Below the pieces are notes generated by a model. It was not told the DNA's origin. It ran no database searches and saw only the letters and a list, made by a program, of their open reading frames with translations. The position numbers and the translations under genes were made by a program. From contig JAHQXB010000056.1 of NCBI GenBank assembly GCA_029856435.1, forward strand, positions 1-10,184: a stretch of 10,184 nt of DNA, written 5' to 3'. The DNA is from Candidatus Jordarchaeia archaeon. Lineage in GTDB: Archaea > Asgardarchaeota > Jordiarchaeia > Jordiarchaeales > Jordiarchaeaceae. Within the stretch, counting starts at the first letter, position 1. The number at the start of each line of letters is the position of its first letter. This document shows positions 1 through 7,959 of the stretch, piece by piece.

Positions 1-279
1 TGTCGGTCAGTATTTTTGTAACTTCCTGCTGTTTGAGCAGTTCCACCTGTTTTTGGAGGTCGTTGCGCTGGGATGCTGACGACACGCGGGCGTACCCTAT
101 GACCTCTGCTCGTGGATGTGGGGCAGTCGCTTGATTTCACTTTCGGGTATCCGTCTTCGACCGCCGGCTGTTCTGAGCACTCGTAGTTTGCTCTGCTTGT
201 CCCATTTCTGGATGGTTTGCGTCGTGGCGCCCAGTGGTTGTTTTGCCTCTTTGGGGGTGTATAATCGCTCCATAGGCAT
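1..279 (-). pseudogene. tnpA: IS607-family transposase TnpA (N-terminal MerR-like HTH + serine recombinase), frameshifted, continues beyond the left edge
   Basis: ORF 279..97 encodes LYTPKEAK..LG.TTQTIQKWDK...LRVLRTAGGRRRIPESEI, the typical IS607 HTH. A second minus frame (103..2) reads VIGYARVSSASQRNDLQKQVELLKQQEVTKILTD, the catalytic YARVSS motif. The frame switch lies between about 104 and 136. Confidence 0.93.
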
Positions 280-300
280 CTAGTTGTAGTTCAGCATAAT

Positions 301-310
301 TCTATTTAAA
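301..310 (-). promoter_or_regulatory. Probable TATA box of tnpA (TTTAAATA)
   Basis: Minus strand reads TTTAAATAGA about 22-31 nt upstream of the ATG at 279, the spacing of a leaderless archaeal transcript. Confidence 0.55.
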
Positions 311-315
311 CACCG

Positions 316-606
316 CTATTTTAGAACTGCTAGCATGGGCGTTGATGACTTTAATAATGTGCGCCAATCAGTTTCCGTTGTTTGTTTGGCTGATTCGCCT
401 TTTTTAACCGTAATTTTTTCCAGTGCTTCTCTTGCTCTTATTCTGACAAGTATATCTTCATCGTCACTTTGGGTTTGGCTAAGAGCTTCTACTGCTTTCC
501 TGCCCCCTATCCTTTCCAGGGCCCCTGCTGCCAGAGCCCGAATTTCCCAGTTACTGACATGATTTAAAGTACTTATTAAGCTTTTAACATCTTTCTGTTC
601 TTCCAT
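316..606 (-). CDS. Small HEAT-repeat (PBS lyase HEAT-like) protein
   Basis: Two HEAT-like units: NWEIRALAAGALERIGGRKAVEAL and DEDILVRIRAREALEKI. An in-frame stop lies just upstream of ATG 606, so the start is fixed. Confidence 0.8.
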   Translation of the reverse strand: MEEQKDVKSLISTLNHVSNWEIRALAAGALERIGGRKAVEALSQTQSDDEDILVRIRAREALEKITVKKGESAKQTTETDWRTLLKSSTPMLAVLK

Positions 607-836
607 CCTTTTTCAAATCCCGCCTACAGAACTCAGTTTCTCCTACGACAAAGCCTCTATGTACACTATACATAGCATTTAGCATCAGAATATTATTAAT
701 CGTTTGGCTGGTGATGCAGATTTATTCGGTTTCATCTCCCTAATAAGGCTCCAAATCGTGAAAGAAGCCCTATAAACACCCCTTTTTTGAGGCGAAACCG
801 AACGATTCTACATCACCCGTTTGGCTACCAAAAAAA

Positions 837-875
837 TTTTTATACTTGAAACAGTAAAAGGGGAAGGGAGAGGTG
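837..875 (+). promoter_or_regulatory. TATA-like box (TTTTTATA 837-844) and SD (GAGGTG 870-875) for the hot-dog gene
   Basis: An A-run followed by TTTTTATA, then GAGGTG 5 nt before GTG 881. Confidence 0.5.
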
Positions 876-880
876 GTATC

Positions 881-1321
881 GTGAGTGAAGACAAGTATAA
901 AAAGTTCAAGGGTTACAAGTTTGCACCCAACACTTACAAGGTCACGGGGGACGCAATAAGGGCTTACGCTAAGGCAACCGGCGACTTGAAACCTGAATAC
1001 ACTGATCCTGACGATTCGAAAATAATTGCTCCTCCCTCATTCTTGTCAGTCATTTTTCTCCCCTCATTCTACGGAGCCGGGAAACTGGCTGAAGAGGGAA
1101 TAATAAAAGATTTTACCAAACTTCTTCACGGCGGTCAGAGATACGAGTACTATCAACCAATAAGACCCGGAGATGTTCTAGTATCCCAAGTAGAAGTAGT
1201 GGACATGTATGTTAAGAATGAAATGCTTTTCATGATATTTGATATACCAATAAAAAAGCAAGACGACACCCTAGTCGGAAAAGTGGTAACAACAGCCATA
1301 GTAAGAAAAGGAGGATTCTAA
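881..1321 (+). CDS. MaoC/FAS1-like dehydratase-family hot-dog protein (HadA/UPF0336-like)
   Basis: AIRAYAKATGD, APPSF and LLHGGQRYEYYQPIRPGDVL motifs. Start moved from the track's TTG 821 to the in-frame GTG 881 because of the SD. Confidence 0.85.
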   Translation: MSEDKYKKFKGYKFAPNTYKVTGDAIRAYAKATGDLKPEYTDPDDSKIIAPPSFLSVIFLPSFYGAGKLAEEGIIKDFTKLLHGGQRYEYYQPIRPGDVLVSQVEVVDMYVKNEMLFMIFDIPIKKQDDTLVGKVVTTAIVRKGGF

Positions 1322-1771
1322 AGGCTTAATCAATCCCAGAAGCCTCCCTCTTTAAACATCAGATACCCTTTAGCCTTTATGCTTAGAAACCTAGCAACAA
1401 ACACCAAAAAGCATAAGAATTTTTTTGGGCACCCAATTTCAGACAACTTGGGAAATAGTACCTCAAAATGGAAACTCTTTCCAAAAAGGAGTGGATCATA
1501 GTTCAACCCCAATCTTCGCAATTCGCAATCGAACCCATCCCCAAATCATTTCTAAATGTCATCCCACATTAGTTAATATAATAATCATACTTTTTGATGA
1601 GTTATGAGAATTCTATTTTTCGATTCTCGAAGAAGGCCCATATACTCTTTTCCGATTGCAAAACATACTATGATATTTGGATAAAATACTGCCTACCGTA
1701 CTTGATATAATGCCTGCTATAATTGTAGAGTGGGGGAAAAGAATAAGTGGATTTGCTGTGTCTCGAGATTT

Positions 1772-2629
1772 ATGTCAACAAGAGTTATCCCATACGAGAA
1801 TCTGACTTGGGCTGAGCTGGACTCCCTTAACAGAGACAAAACTGTTATACTAGTGGCTGTGGCTCCAATGGAGCAACACGGGTATCACTTGCCCCTGGGC
1901 ACCGATTTCTTTGAGTGCATAACCATTATGGAGAGGGTCGGTGAAGAACTAAAAGAAAAAGTTTCTGATCTCAATGTTTTAATGTATCCACCCATACCTG
2001 TGGGCACAGGCACTATGGACAAGACGGGCACCGTGGAGTTCAGGCAGGAGACAGTTAAGAACATAATTTATGAGTTGGGTCAATCTTTAGCTATCTACGG
2101 TTTCAAGCACATAATAGTCTTGGGATGCCATGGGGCTCCCACCTTCGCTGTGGCTATTGAAGAAGCCTGTGAAGAGTTAAACCAGCAGTACGGTGACATC
2201 ATCTTTCCCCCAATGGGATACTATTTGTCACAAATATTTGTTTCCCGCCCTAAAGACGCACCAGAAGAAATACGCCAAATGGCAGAAAGGTTTCCAAGGG
2301 ACTGGCATGCTGGCTTTGGAGAAACCTCAATGATGCTAAACATAAATCCGGAATTAGTTAAGGATTATAGAAAATGTGAACCAGTAGAAGTGGATGTAAT
2401 CAAACTCTTGGACCGAAAAGCAGCTGACAGATACGGAAAAGGATTAGGGCACTTTGGCTATCCCGCCCAGTCTTCAAAACAATTTGGCAAACTAATGCTA
2501 GACTACGCGATCAAGGTTCTCACCAAAATGTCAATCAATTTTCTAAAAAGAGAAAACTACAAGCAATACCTGCACACTCCCTACTGGAATCTGCCACACC
2601 TAAGAACAAAATCTGAGAAACAACGCTAA
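1772..2629 (+). CDS. Creatininase / creatinine amidohydrolase family protein (substrate unknown)
   Basis: Metal-ligand motifs EQHGYHLPLGTD, CHG and DWHAGFGETS. ATG 1772 (MSTRVIPYENLTW) is preferred over GTG 1730. Confidence 0.88.
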   Translation: MSTRVIPYENLTWAELDSLNRDKTVILVAVAPMEQHGYHLPLGTDFFECITIMERVGEELKEKVSDLNVLMYPPIPVGTGTMDKTGTVEFRQETVKNIIYELGQSLAIYGFKHIIVLGCHGAPTFAVAIEEACEELNQQYGDIIFPPMGYYLSQIFVSRPKDAPEEIRQMAERFPRDWHAGFGETSMMLNINPELVKDYRKCEPVEVDVIKLLDRKAADRYGKGLGHFGYPAQSSKQFGKLMLDYAIKVLTKMSINFLKRENYKQYLHTPYWNLPHLRTKSEKQR

Positions 2630-2905
2630 CTCCAAACCCAACCTTCAAAAAGGGATTCACAGCTAGACTAACAGCTATGCTGTCTCGGCAATTTTAGTCT
2701 TCATATTTTCTTGCTTCCCCCAATTTTCGCCATTTATCCCTCTTTCTTGAGATTTTAGATCCACTAGTAAGTTGTGTTTAAAAATTAGGAATTGGGAGAG
2801 AAATTGACTAAAAATTTAAATTTGTCTATTGTTAGATTAGTATATTCTCAAGAAGGCGGGTTTGATAGTTTATGATTATATATTTCGTTAAGTGGTGGTA
2901 CTGAT

Positions 2906-4240
2906 ATGTCTAAAAAGGAGTTCAAAGAAATAGTGTTTCCTCCGGGTTTTCTCTGGGGGGCTGCAACTTCTGCACACCAGGTTGAGGGCAACAACACTAA
3001 TAATCACTGGTGGGTTTGGGAGCAGGAAGGTGGACATATCCGCGATGGTTCTGTTTCTGGGCGTGCCTGTGACCATTACAACTTGTATCAGCAGGACTTC
3101 GAGCTGGTTAGAGAGTTGGGCCATAACGTTTACCGGTTCTCAATAGAGTGGAGCCGTATTGAGCCCAAGGAGGGCAAGTGGAGTGAGAAGGAAATAGAGC
3201 ATTACCGTAAGGTTGTTGAGGCTCTTTTAGAGCGTAAAATTACTCCTATGGTTACTCTGCACCACTTCACTAATCCTATTTGGATGCAGGATAAGGGAGG
3301 CTGGCTTAATCCAAAGTCCGTGGATCTATTTGAGCGGTACACCAGAACTGTGGTGGAAAGCTTGGGGGATTTGATAACCTTTTATAACACTATTAATGAG
3401 CCCATGATGGTTGCTGTGATGGGGTATCTTTTGGGGCTTCATCCTCCCTGCAGAACGGATTTAGCTGAGTTTTTCACGGCGGGAAAGCACCTGCTCATGG
3501 CTCATGGAAAATGTTACAGTGCAATACACGAAACAGTGAGGGATAGAGGTTTCAAAATTAAACCTCAGGTGGGAATAGTAAAGCAGATTCCCTATTTTGC
3601 TCCCTTTAATCCCCATTCAGAGGAAGATGTTAAACAGGCTAAACTCATGGATGACATCGTTAATCGCTGGTACCTTGAAGGAATCCAAACAGGGACAGTT
3701 GCACCACCCTTTGGAAGTGGCGAAAAACTGGATTATCTTGAAAATTCGTGGGACTTCATTGGAGTGAACTGGTACACGAGAATACTGGCAAACTCCACAA
3801 TTAAACTTGAAGCTGAACAAAAAACATTGCCACAAACTGTTCCTGAGGGAGCGGAAATCACGGATATGGGATGGGAAGTCTACCCCGAAGGATTCTACCA
3901 TAGTTTAATGTCCGTCAAAAAATACAAAAAACCAGTCTACGTAACTGAGAACGGCATAGCCACCCTAAACGATGAGCAGCGTTGCCGATACATTATAAGA
4001 CACCTCTACCAACTACACAGGGCAATCCACGACGGATTAGATGTCAGGGGATATATGTACTGGTCCTTAATGGATAACTTTGAGTGGGCTGAGGGCTTCG
4101 CAAAGAGATTCGGAATCATAGAAGTCAACTACAACACTTTGGAGAGGAAACCCAGACCCAGCGCCTACCTCTACCGAGATATCATAAAAAGAAATGCCGT
4201 AACCGAGCAGCAACTACAGAAATATTCAGTAAGCCCCTAA
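2906..4240 (+). CDS. Glycoside hydrolase family 1 beta-glycosidase (paralog A)
   Basis: FLWGAATSAHQVEG, YRFSIEWSRI, TINEP (acid/base), VTENG (nucleophile), WSLMDNFEWAEG. Confidence 0.97.
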   Translation: MSKKEFKEIVFPPGFLWGAATSAHQVEGNNTNNHWWVWEQEGGHIRDGSVSGRACDHYNLYQQDFELVRELGHNVYRFSIEWSRIEPKEGKWSEKEIEHYRKVVEALLERKITPMVTLHHFTNPIWMQDKGGWLNPKSVDLFERYTRTVVESLGDLITFYNTINEPMMVAVMGYLLGLHPPCRTDLAEFFTAGKHLLMAHGKCYSAIHETVRDRGFKIKPQVGIVKQIPYFAPFNPHSEEDVKQAKLMDDIVNRWYLEGIQTGTVAPPFGSGEKLDYLENSWDFIGVNWYTRILANSTIKLEAEQKTLPQTVPEGAEITDMGWEVYPEGFYHSLMSVKKYKKPVYVTENGIATLNDEQRCRYIIRHLYQLHRAIHDGLDVRGYMYWSLMDNFEWAEGFAKRFGIIEVNYNTLERKPRPSAYLYRDIIKRNAVTEQQLQKYSVSP

Positions 4241-4257
4241 GGCGAGGTTTTATAATC

Positions 4258-4281
4258 AAAAAGTAGCAACTACTATTTTTT
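4258..4281 (+). terminator. Possible terminator after GH1-A
   Basis: AGTAG-caa-CTACT short hairpin (4262-4274) followed by T6 (4276-4281), about 20 nt after the stop. Confidence 0.35.
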
Positions 4282-4620
4282 GTGAATATACCCGTGAAAA
4301 AATCAAGCCTTTTTCCTAACTTGTCTAAGACGCATAAGTGTATGAGTTTGAGAGGAAACCAACCTTCCTCATATTAAAAATATTGAAACCCATTTTTCGC
4401 GGATTTGGAATCCTTTGATGGGGCTGTGGAGCTTCTCATCACGTCGCTTCCCCCTTTTGGGAGAATGTGGATGCCGAATCGGTATAAACGCCGAAACATC
4501 TCCAAACCATTTTGAGAAAAGCAAATCGCCAAAATAGCTTAGCAGAAACTGCGAAGTATCGGTTGAAAGTAAAATAAAAAGTGAGGTAGAAGGATTTCTT
4601 CTTATTTTGGTTCTTTAATA

Positions 4621-4992
4621 TCACTTTACATCAATTTTTTTCTTCGACTCCCATAGGCCGTGAAGATTACAGAATTCAATTACTTTTAGTTCGGCTGGCC
4701 CTTCCAGAATTATGTGGAATGTTGTTTCTGGTGTGGCTACTGTGGGTGCAAACTCTGCTTTTCCCAGAAATCTTTCTCCAGCGTAGAGCTCAAGCCAGTT
4801 TATCCAGTGGCCAAGAATATTTGGGTGCTCCACGCCGTCGATTCCCCCAACTTTAATTGAAACTGTGAATGGCTCTTTAGCCTTTACACTGTCCGGCGCT
4901 TTAATCACGGGGATATGTTTCTTCTCCATATCCGTCAATTTTTTAGGATCCTTCACTCTGTTGACTTTAACTAATGAAAACTCCTCCGACAA
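4621..4992 (-). CDS. sor: Superoxide reductase (neelaredoxin / class II SORL domain)
   Basis: All iron-site motifs present: EKKH, EHP, GHWI, CNLHGLW. Start placed at TTG 4992, preceded by GAGGAGGT, rather than at 5073. Confidence 0.92.
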   Translation of the reverse strand: MSEEFSLVKVNRVKDPKKLTDMEKKHIPVIKAPDSVKAKEPFTVSIKVGGIDGVEHPNILGHWINWLELYAGERFLGKAEFAPTVATPETTFHIILEGPAELKVIEFCNLHGLWESKKKIDVK

Positions 4993-5094
4993 TTTACATA
5001 ACCTCCTCTTATTCCAATCTAACTCTGTATCCCAGTTCATCCCAATACGCGGATAGGATTCCAGGGTATACAATTATAATGAAGGCAGTTGGAT

Positions 5095-5102
5095 TTAATA
5101 AA
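5095..5102 (-). promoter_or_regulatory. Candidate TATA box for sor (TTTATTAA)
   Basis: Minus strand TTTATTAA. An alternative TTATAATT lies at 5079-5072. Confidence 0.35.
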
Positions 5103-5285
5103 TCTAATCGGTTTTTGAAAAATGGAGTTGCCAACAGTGAATATTAAAAACAGGTTTTTTTACAACTCTGTTCAGTGATAATATTCTAGTAAGCCAATGG
5201 TATTACAACGGTGTTTTTGTTTTATGTGAAAAAGTGGAGCCCTCAGAGTGGCTTTTTTGTGCTTTTGGGTTGTTCCCTGCTTGTT

Positions 5286-7670
5286 TTAGAGGCCGAATCT
5301 TTTCACTAGGAAAACCTTGGCATAATCATTTACGAAGAAGCACACGGCAAGTGAGTAGATGAGAACTGTTAGTGTTTGAAGGGCCCCTATTGGAGCTAGA
5401 TCGTATAATCCAAATGTTGAAATCAGAATTACAATGAGGGTGTCCAACATAATTGACATGATTAGGGGTTTACTGGGTTTTGATTTCCAGAAGTGTTGCC
5501 TTTCTCTAATTATTAGCACATTGAATAATCCCATAAAAATTAGCAAATCGAATACGAAGGTATAAAGTTCACTGAGACTGTTATACAGTCCTAAGTATTC
5601 TCCCAAGTAGAGGAGTAGCATAGATTCCGCTATCATCACGAGGCCGAGTGAGACTGATATTTTCACCAGCGAAGTTATATTCCACTTATCGGGTTTAGGG
5701 GAGTAGCGAACATTATCTGTGGAAATCGATAATGTAACAAAGTCAACTAGGAATAGGAGAAGCACCATACTAAATAGGGAAACTACATATTTTCCCGTGA
5801 CGAGAAAAGCAAGTACTATGAAAACCAGCACCTGAAAAGTTTTAACAATTTTGTTTAGAATATAGGTGGTTATTCTTTGGTAAATTTTCCTCCCATTTCT
5901 AACTGACTCTACTATGCCCTCCAATCCGGGAGCTGTTAGAACTAGGCTGGCTGATTCCTTCGCCACATCGGTGGCACTGCTCACTGCTACTCCCACCTCA
6001 GCCTGTTTTAAGGCTGGAGCGTCATTAATTCCATCACCAGTCATTCCCACAATATGCTTCCTTTTTTGGAGACACTTAACTATAAGGTGCTTGTCTTCGG
6101 GGTAGACCTCCGCGAATCCATCGCTTTCCTCTACGATTTTTAGGGCGTTCTCATCCTTTAAGCCATTCTCCAGAGCTGGCTTTTTGATTATGTTATCACC
6201 CAACCCCAACTCTTGGGCAACTTCTTTTGCTATGGGCAGGGCGTCACCGGTCAACATTTTTACTGAAACACCCAAACTTTTGAGTTCACTAATCAGAATG
6301 GGGGAATCTGGTCTGGGTTTATCATAAAGGGCTACAACTCCCACCAATTTTAGTCTCTCTTTGCTTTCTCCCTCAGCAACGGCCAAAACTCTGTAACCTT
6401 TAGCAGACAGACTCTCTACACTTTTTTCAATCATTGACTCTTTTTCTGAACCCTCTTTGCATAAGGGCAAAATAGATTTTATTGCACCTTTCAACGCATA
6501 AAACTGCCTCCCATCCTTCTCTACTTTTGCTTCTGTTCTTCTGGTGGAAGGGTCGAATGGAACAAATTCTTTCTGCAGGTAGCCATCTGTTGGAATCTGC
6601 ATATCCTTCGCTGCTGAGAGAAACGCTAAATCTATGGGATCCTGATTTGCCTCTTGAGAAGCTAGAGCCCCGTAGAGCACCACTTCTTCCCTCGTGTGTT
6701 TCCCTGAGGGGAGGACGTTAACTATAGAAAGTTTATTCATAGTCAAAGTGCCAGTTTTATCCACACAGAGAACATCCATTGTGGCGGCGTCTTCACTGGC
6801 ACTCAATCTGGTGACCAGCACCCCCTTTTTTGCCAGTTCCAAGGATCCTAGTGCCATACTTATTGTAAACATGGTAGGCAGTGCCACCGGCACCACCGAC
6901 ACTACAAGAATTGTCACCAAGGGAACCACTCCCAACATGTCCAAGCCTCTATAAACTGTAAAGAGCAAAGCTATTAGAAGCAGTATGGCCGCCATCACCG
7001 AGAGCCATTTTACAACCTTTGAAATCACCTCCTCCATGTGTAACTTGGGCTTAGCTATCTGCACCAGCTCCACGGTTTTCCCAAAATACGTATTTGTGCC
7101 CGTGGAGGTAACTATTCCCGTTGCCTCCCCCCTTCTAACTGTAGACCCAGAGTAGAGAACATCCTTAACTCTTTTTTCAACTGGGAGAGACTCTCCAGTT
7201 ACAGCTGACTGGTCGGCCTCCACAATACCGTCCATCACTTCAACGTCTGCTGGTACAAAATCACCAGATCTTAATCTGATGAGGTCTCCGGGAACAATTT
7301 CCCTTGCGGGAACCAAAATCCACCTACCATCCCTCTTAACCCTCACGCTAACACTTAGCTTCTGTTTAAGAAATTCGAGGGCTCCACTTGCCTTTTTCTC
7401 CTGGATAAAGCCTATAACCGAATTAAAAACCAAAAGGCTAAGCACTATAACCGCTTCAAAATACTTCCCCAAAAACAAGGTTAACAAAATGGTAGCCTCC
7501 AGCATCCAAGGTATCACCCCCCAAAACTTTTTAACAAATATAACGATTGACCTCGACTTCTTTTCCGGAGACTCATTATAACCATACTCCTCCAACCTTT
7601 TTTTAGCCTCCTCCGAACTCAAACCCAAATCGGAGGAAAACCGTTTAAATCCGCCATCTGCTCCGAACAT
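5286..7670 (-). CDS. Plasma-membrane proton-efflux P-type ATPase (P3A-like)
   Basis: GLSSEEAKKRLEEYGYNE, TGES, PVALP, DKTGTLT (phosphorylated Asp), MLTGD, GDGINDAPAL, M2 Asn (FNSVIGFIQE) and M6 Asp (VDFVTLSISTDNV). Length of 794 aa is typical of prokaryotic P3A. Confidence 0.92.
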   Translation of the reverse strand: MFGADGGFKRFSSDLGLSSEEAKKRLEEYGYNESPEKKSRSIVIFVKKFWGVIPWMLEATILLTLFLGKYFEAVIVLSLLVFNSVIGFIQEKKASGALEFLKQKLSVSVRVKRDGRWILVPAREIVPGDLIRLRSGDFVPADVEVMDGIVEADQSAVTGESLPVEKRVKDVLYSGSTVRRGEATGIVTSTGTNTYFGKTVELVQIAKPKLHMEEVISKVVKWLSVMAAILLLIALLFTVYRGLDMLGVVPLVTILVVSVVPVALPTMFTISMALGSLELAKKGVLVTRLSASEDAATMDVLCVDKTGTLTMNKLSIVNVLPSGKHTREEVVLYGALASQEANQDPIDLAFLSAAKDMQIPTDGYLQKEFVPFDPSTRRTEAKVEKDGRQFYALKGAIKSILPLCKEGSEKESMIEKSVESLSAKGYRVLAVAEGESKERLKLVGVVALYDKPRPDSPILISELKSLGVSVKMLTGDALPIAKEVAQELGLGDNIIKKPALENGLKDENALKIVEESDGFAEVYPEDKHLIVKCLQKRKHIVGMTGDGINDAPALKQAEVGVAVSSATDVAKESASLVLTAPGLEGIVESVRNGRKIYQRITTYILNKIVKTFQVLVFIVLAFLVTGKYVVSLFSMVLLLFLVDFVTLSISTDNVRYSPKPDKWNITSLVKISVSLGLVMIAESMLLLYLGEYLGLYNSLSELYTFVFDLLIFMGLFNVLIIRERQHFWKSKPSKPLIMSIMLDTLIVILISTFGLYDLAPIGALQTLTVLIYSLAVCFFVNDYAKVFLVKRFGL

Positions 7671-7959
7671 AAAGATTCCCCAGAAATTTTGTTAAAAAAG
7701 ACTCGGCGACTCTGAAGGCAGGATGAACAATTCAACAATTGTAGAGCACATCCACAACAAATCCTTCTACAACCAACCAATATTTCCACTCTATTTTTTG
7801 GGGGTCACCTAACGAAATAATAATATATAAAATGATCCCACTTTTAGTTATTTTAAGCCCAAAAATCTGTGAACAAAAACTATTATCCCTAGACATTTAA
7901 CAAAAAGTCGAGTAAAAAATAGACTATTCTAGACAAGTTACATAAAGTGGGGTTTTGAT

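Noticed and set aside
335-562. 75-aa plus-strand ORF
   Set aside because: Antisense shadow of the HEAT gene with no recognisable motif.
821-880. N-terminal extension of the hot-dog ORF from TTG 821
   Set aside because: Covers the TATA and SD elements. GTG 881 fits better.
1516-1530. TTCGCAA tandem duplication
   Set aside because: Only two 7-bp units, expected by chance or slippage.
1330-1607. ORFs 1330..1521 (-) and 1425..1607 (+)
   Set aside because: Short, mutually overlapping, with no family motif or clear SD. Not called as genes.
2888-3901. Minus ORFs 2888..3124 and 3617..3901
   Set aside because: Antisense shadows of GH1-A.
4439-4624. 61-aa minus ORF after sor
   Set aside because: Low-complexity F/K-rich translation of AT-rich DNA with no homology cue.
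4993-5073. 27-aa N-terminal extension of SOR, and the second-frame ORF 4865..5056
   Set aside because: No desulforedoxin CxxC domain, and a strong SD precedes TTG 4992. ORF 4865..5056 translates as an antisense shadow of sor.
5914-7581. Plus-strand ORFs 5914..6105, 6482..6721, 6694..6954, 7279..7581
   Set aside because: All lie antisense within the P-type ATPase.
7700-7790. Minus-strand WLVVEGFVVDV...HP resembling a cytochrome b5 start, and a Cys-rich 56-aa frame
   Set aside because: In-frame stop, wrong spacing, no HPGG and no start context. Likely coincidence.
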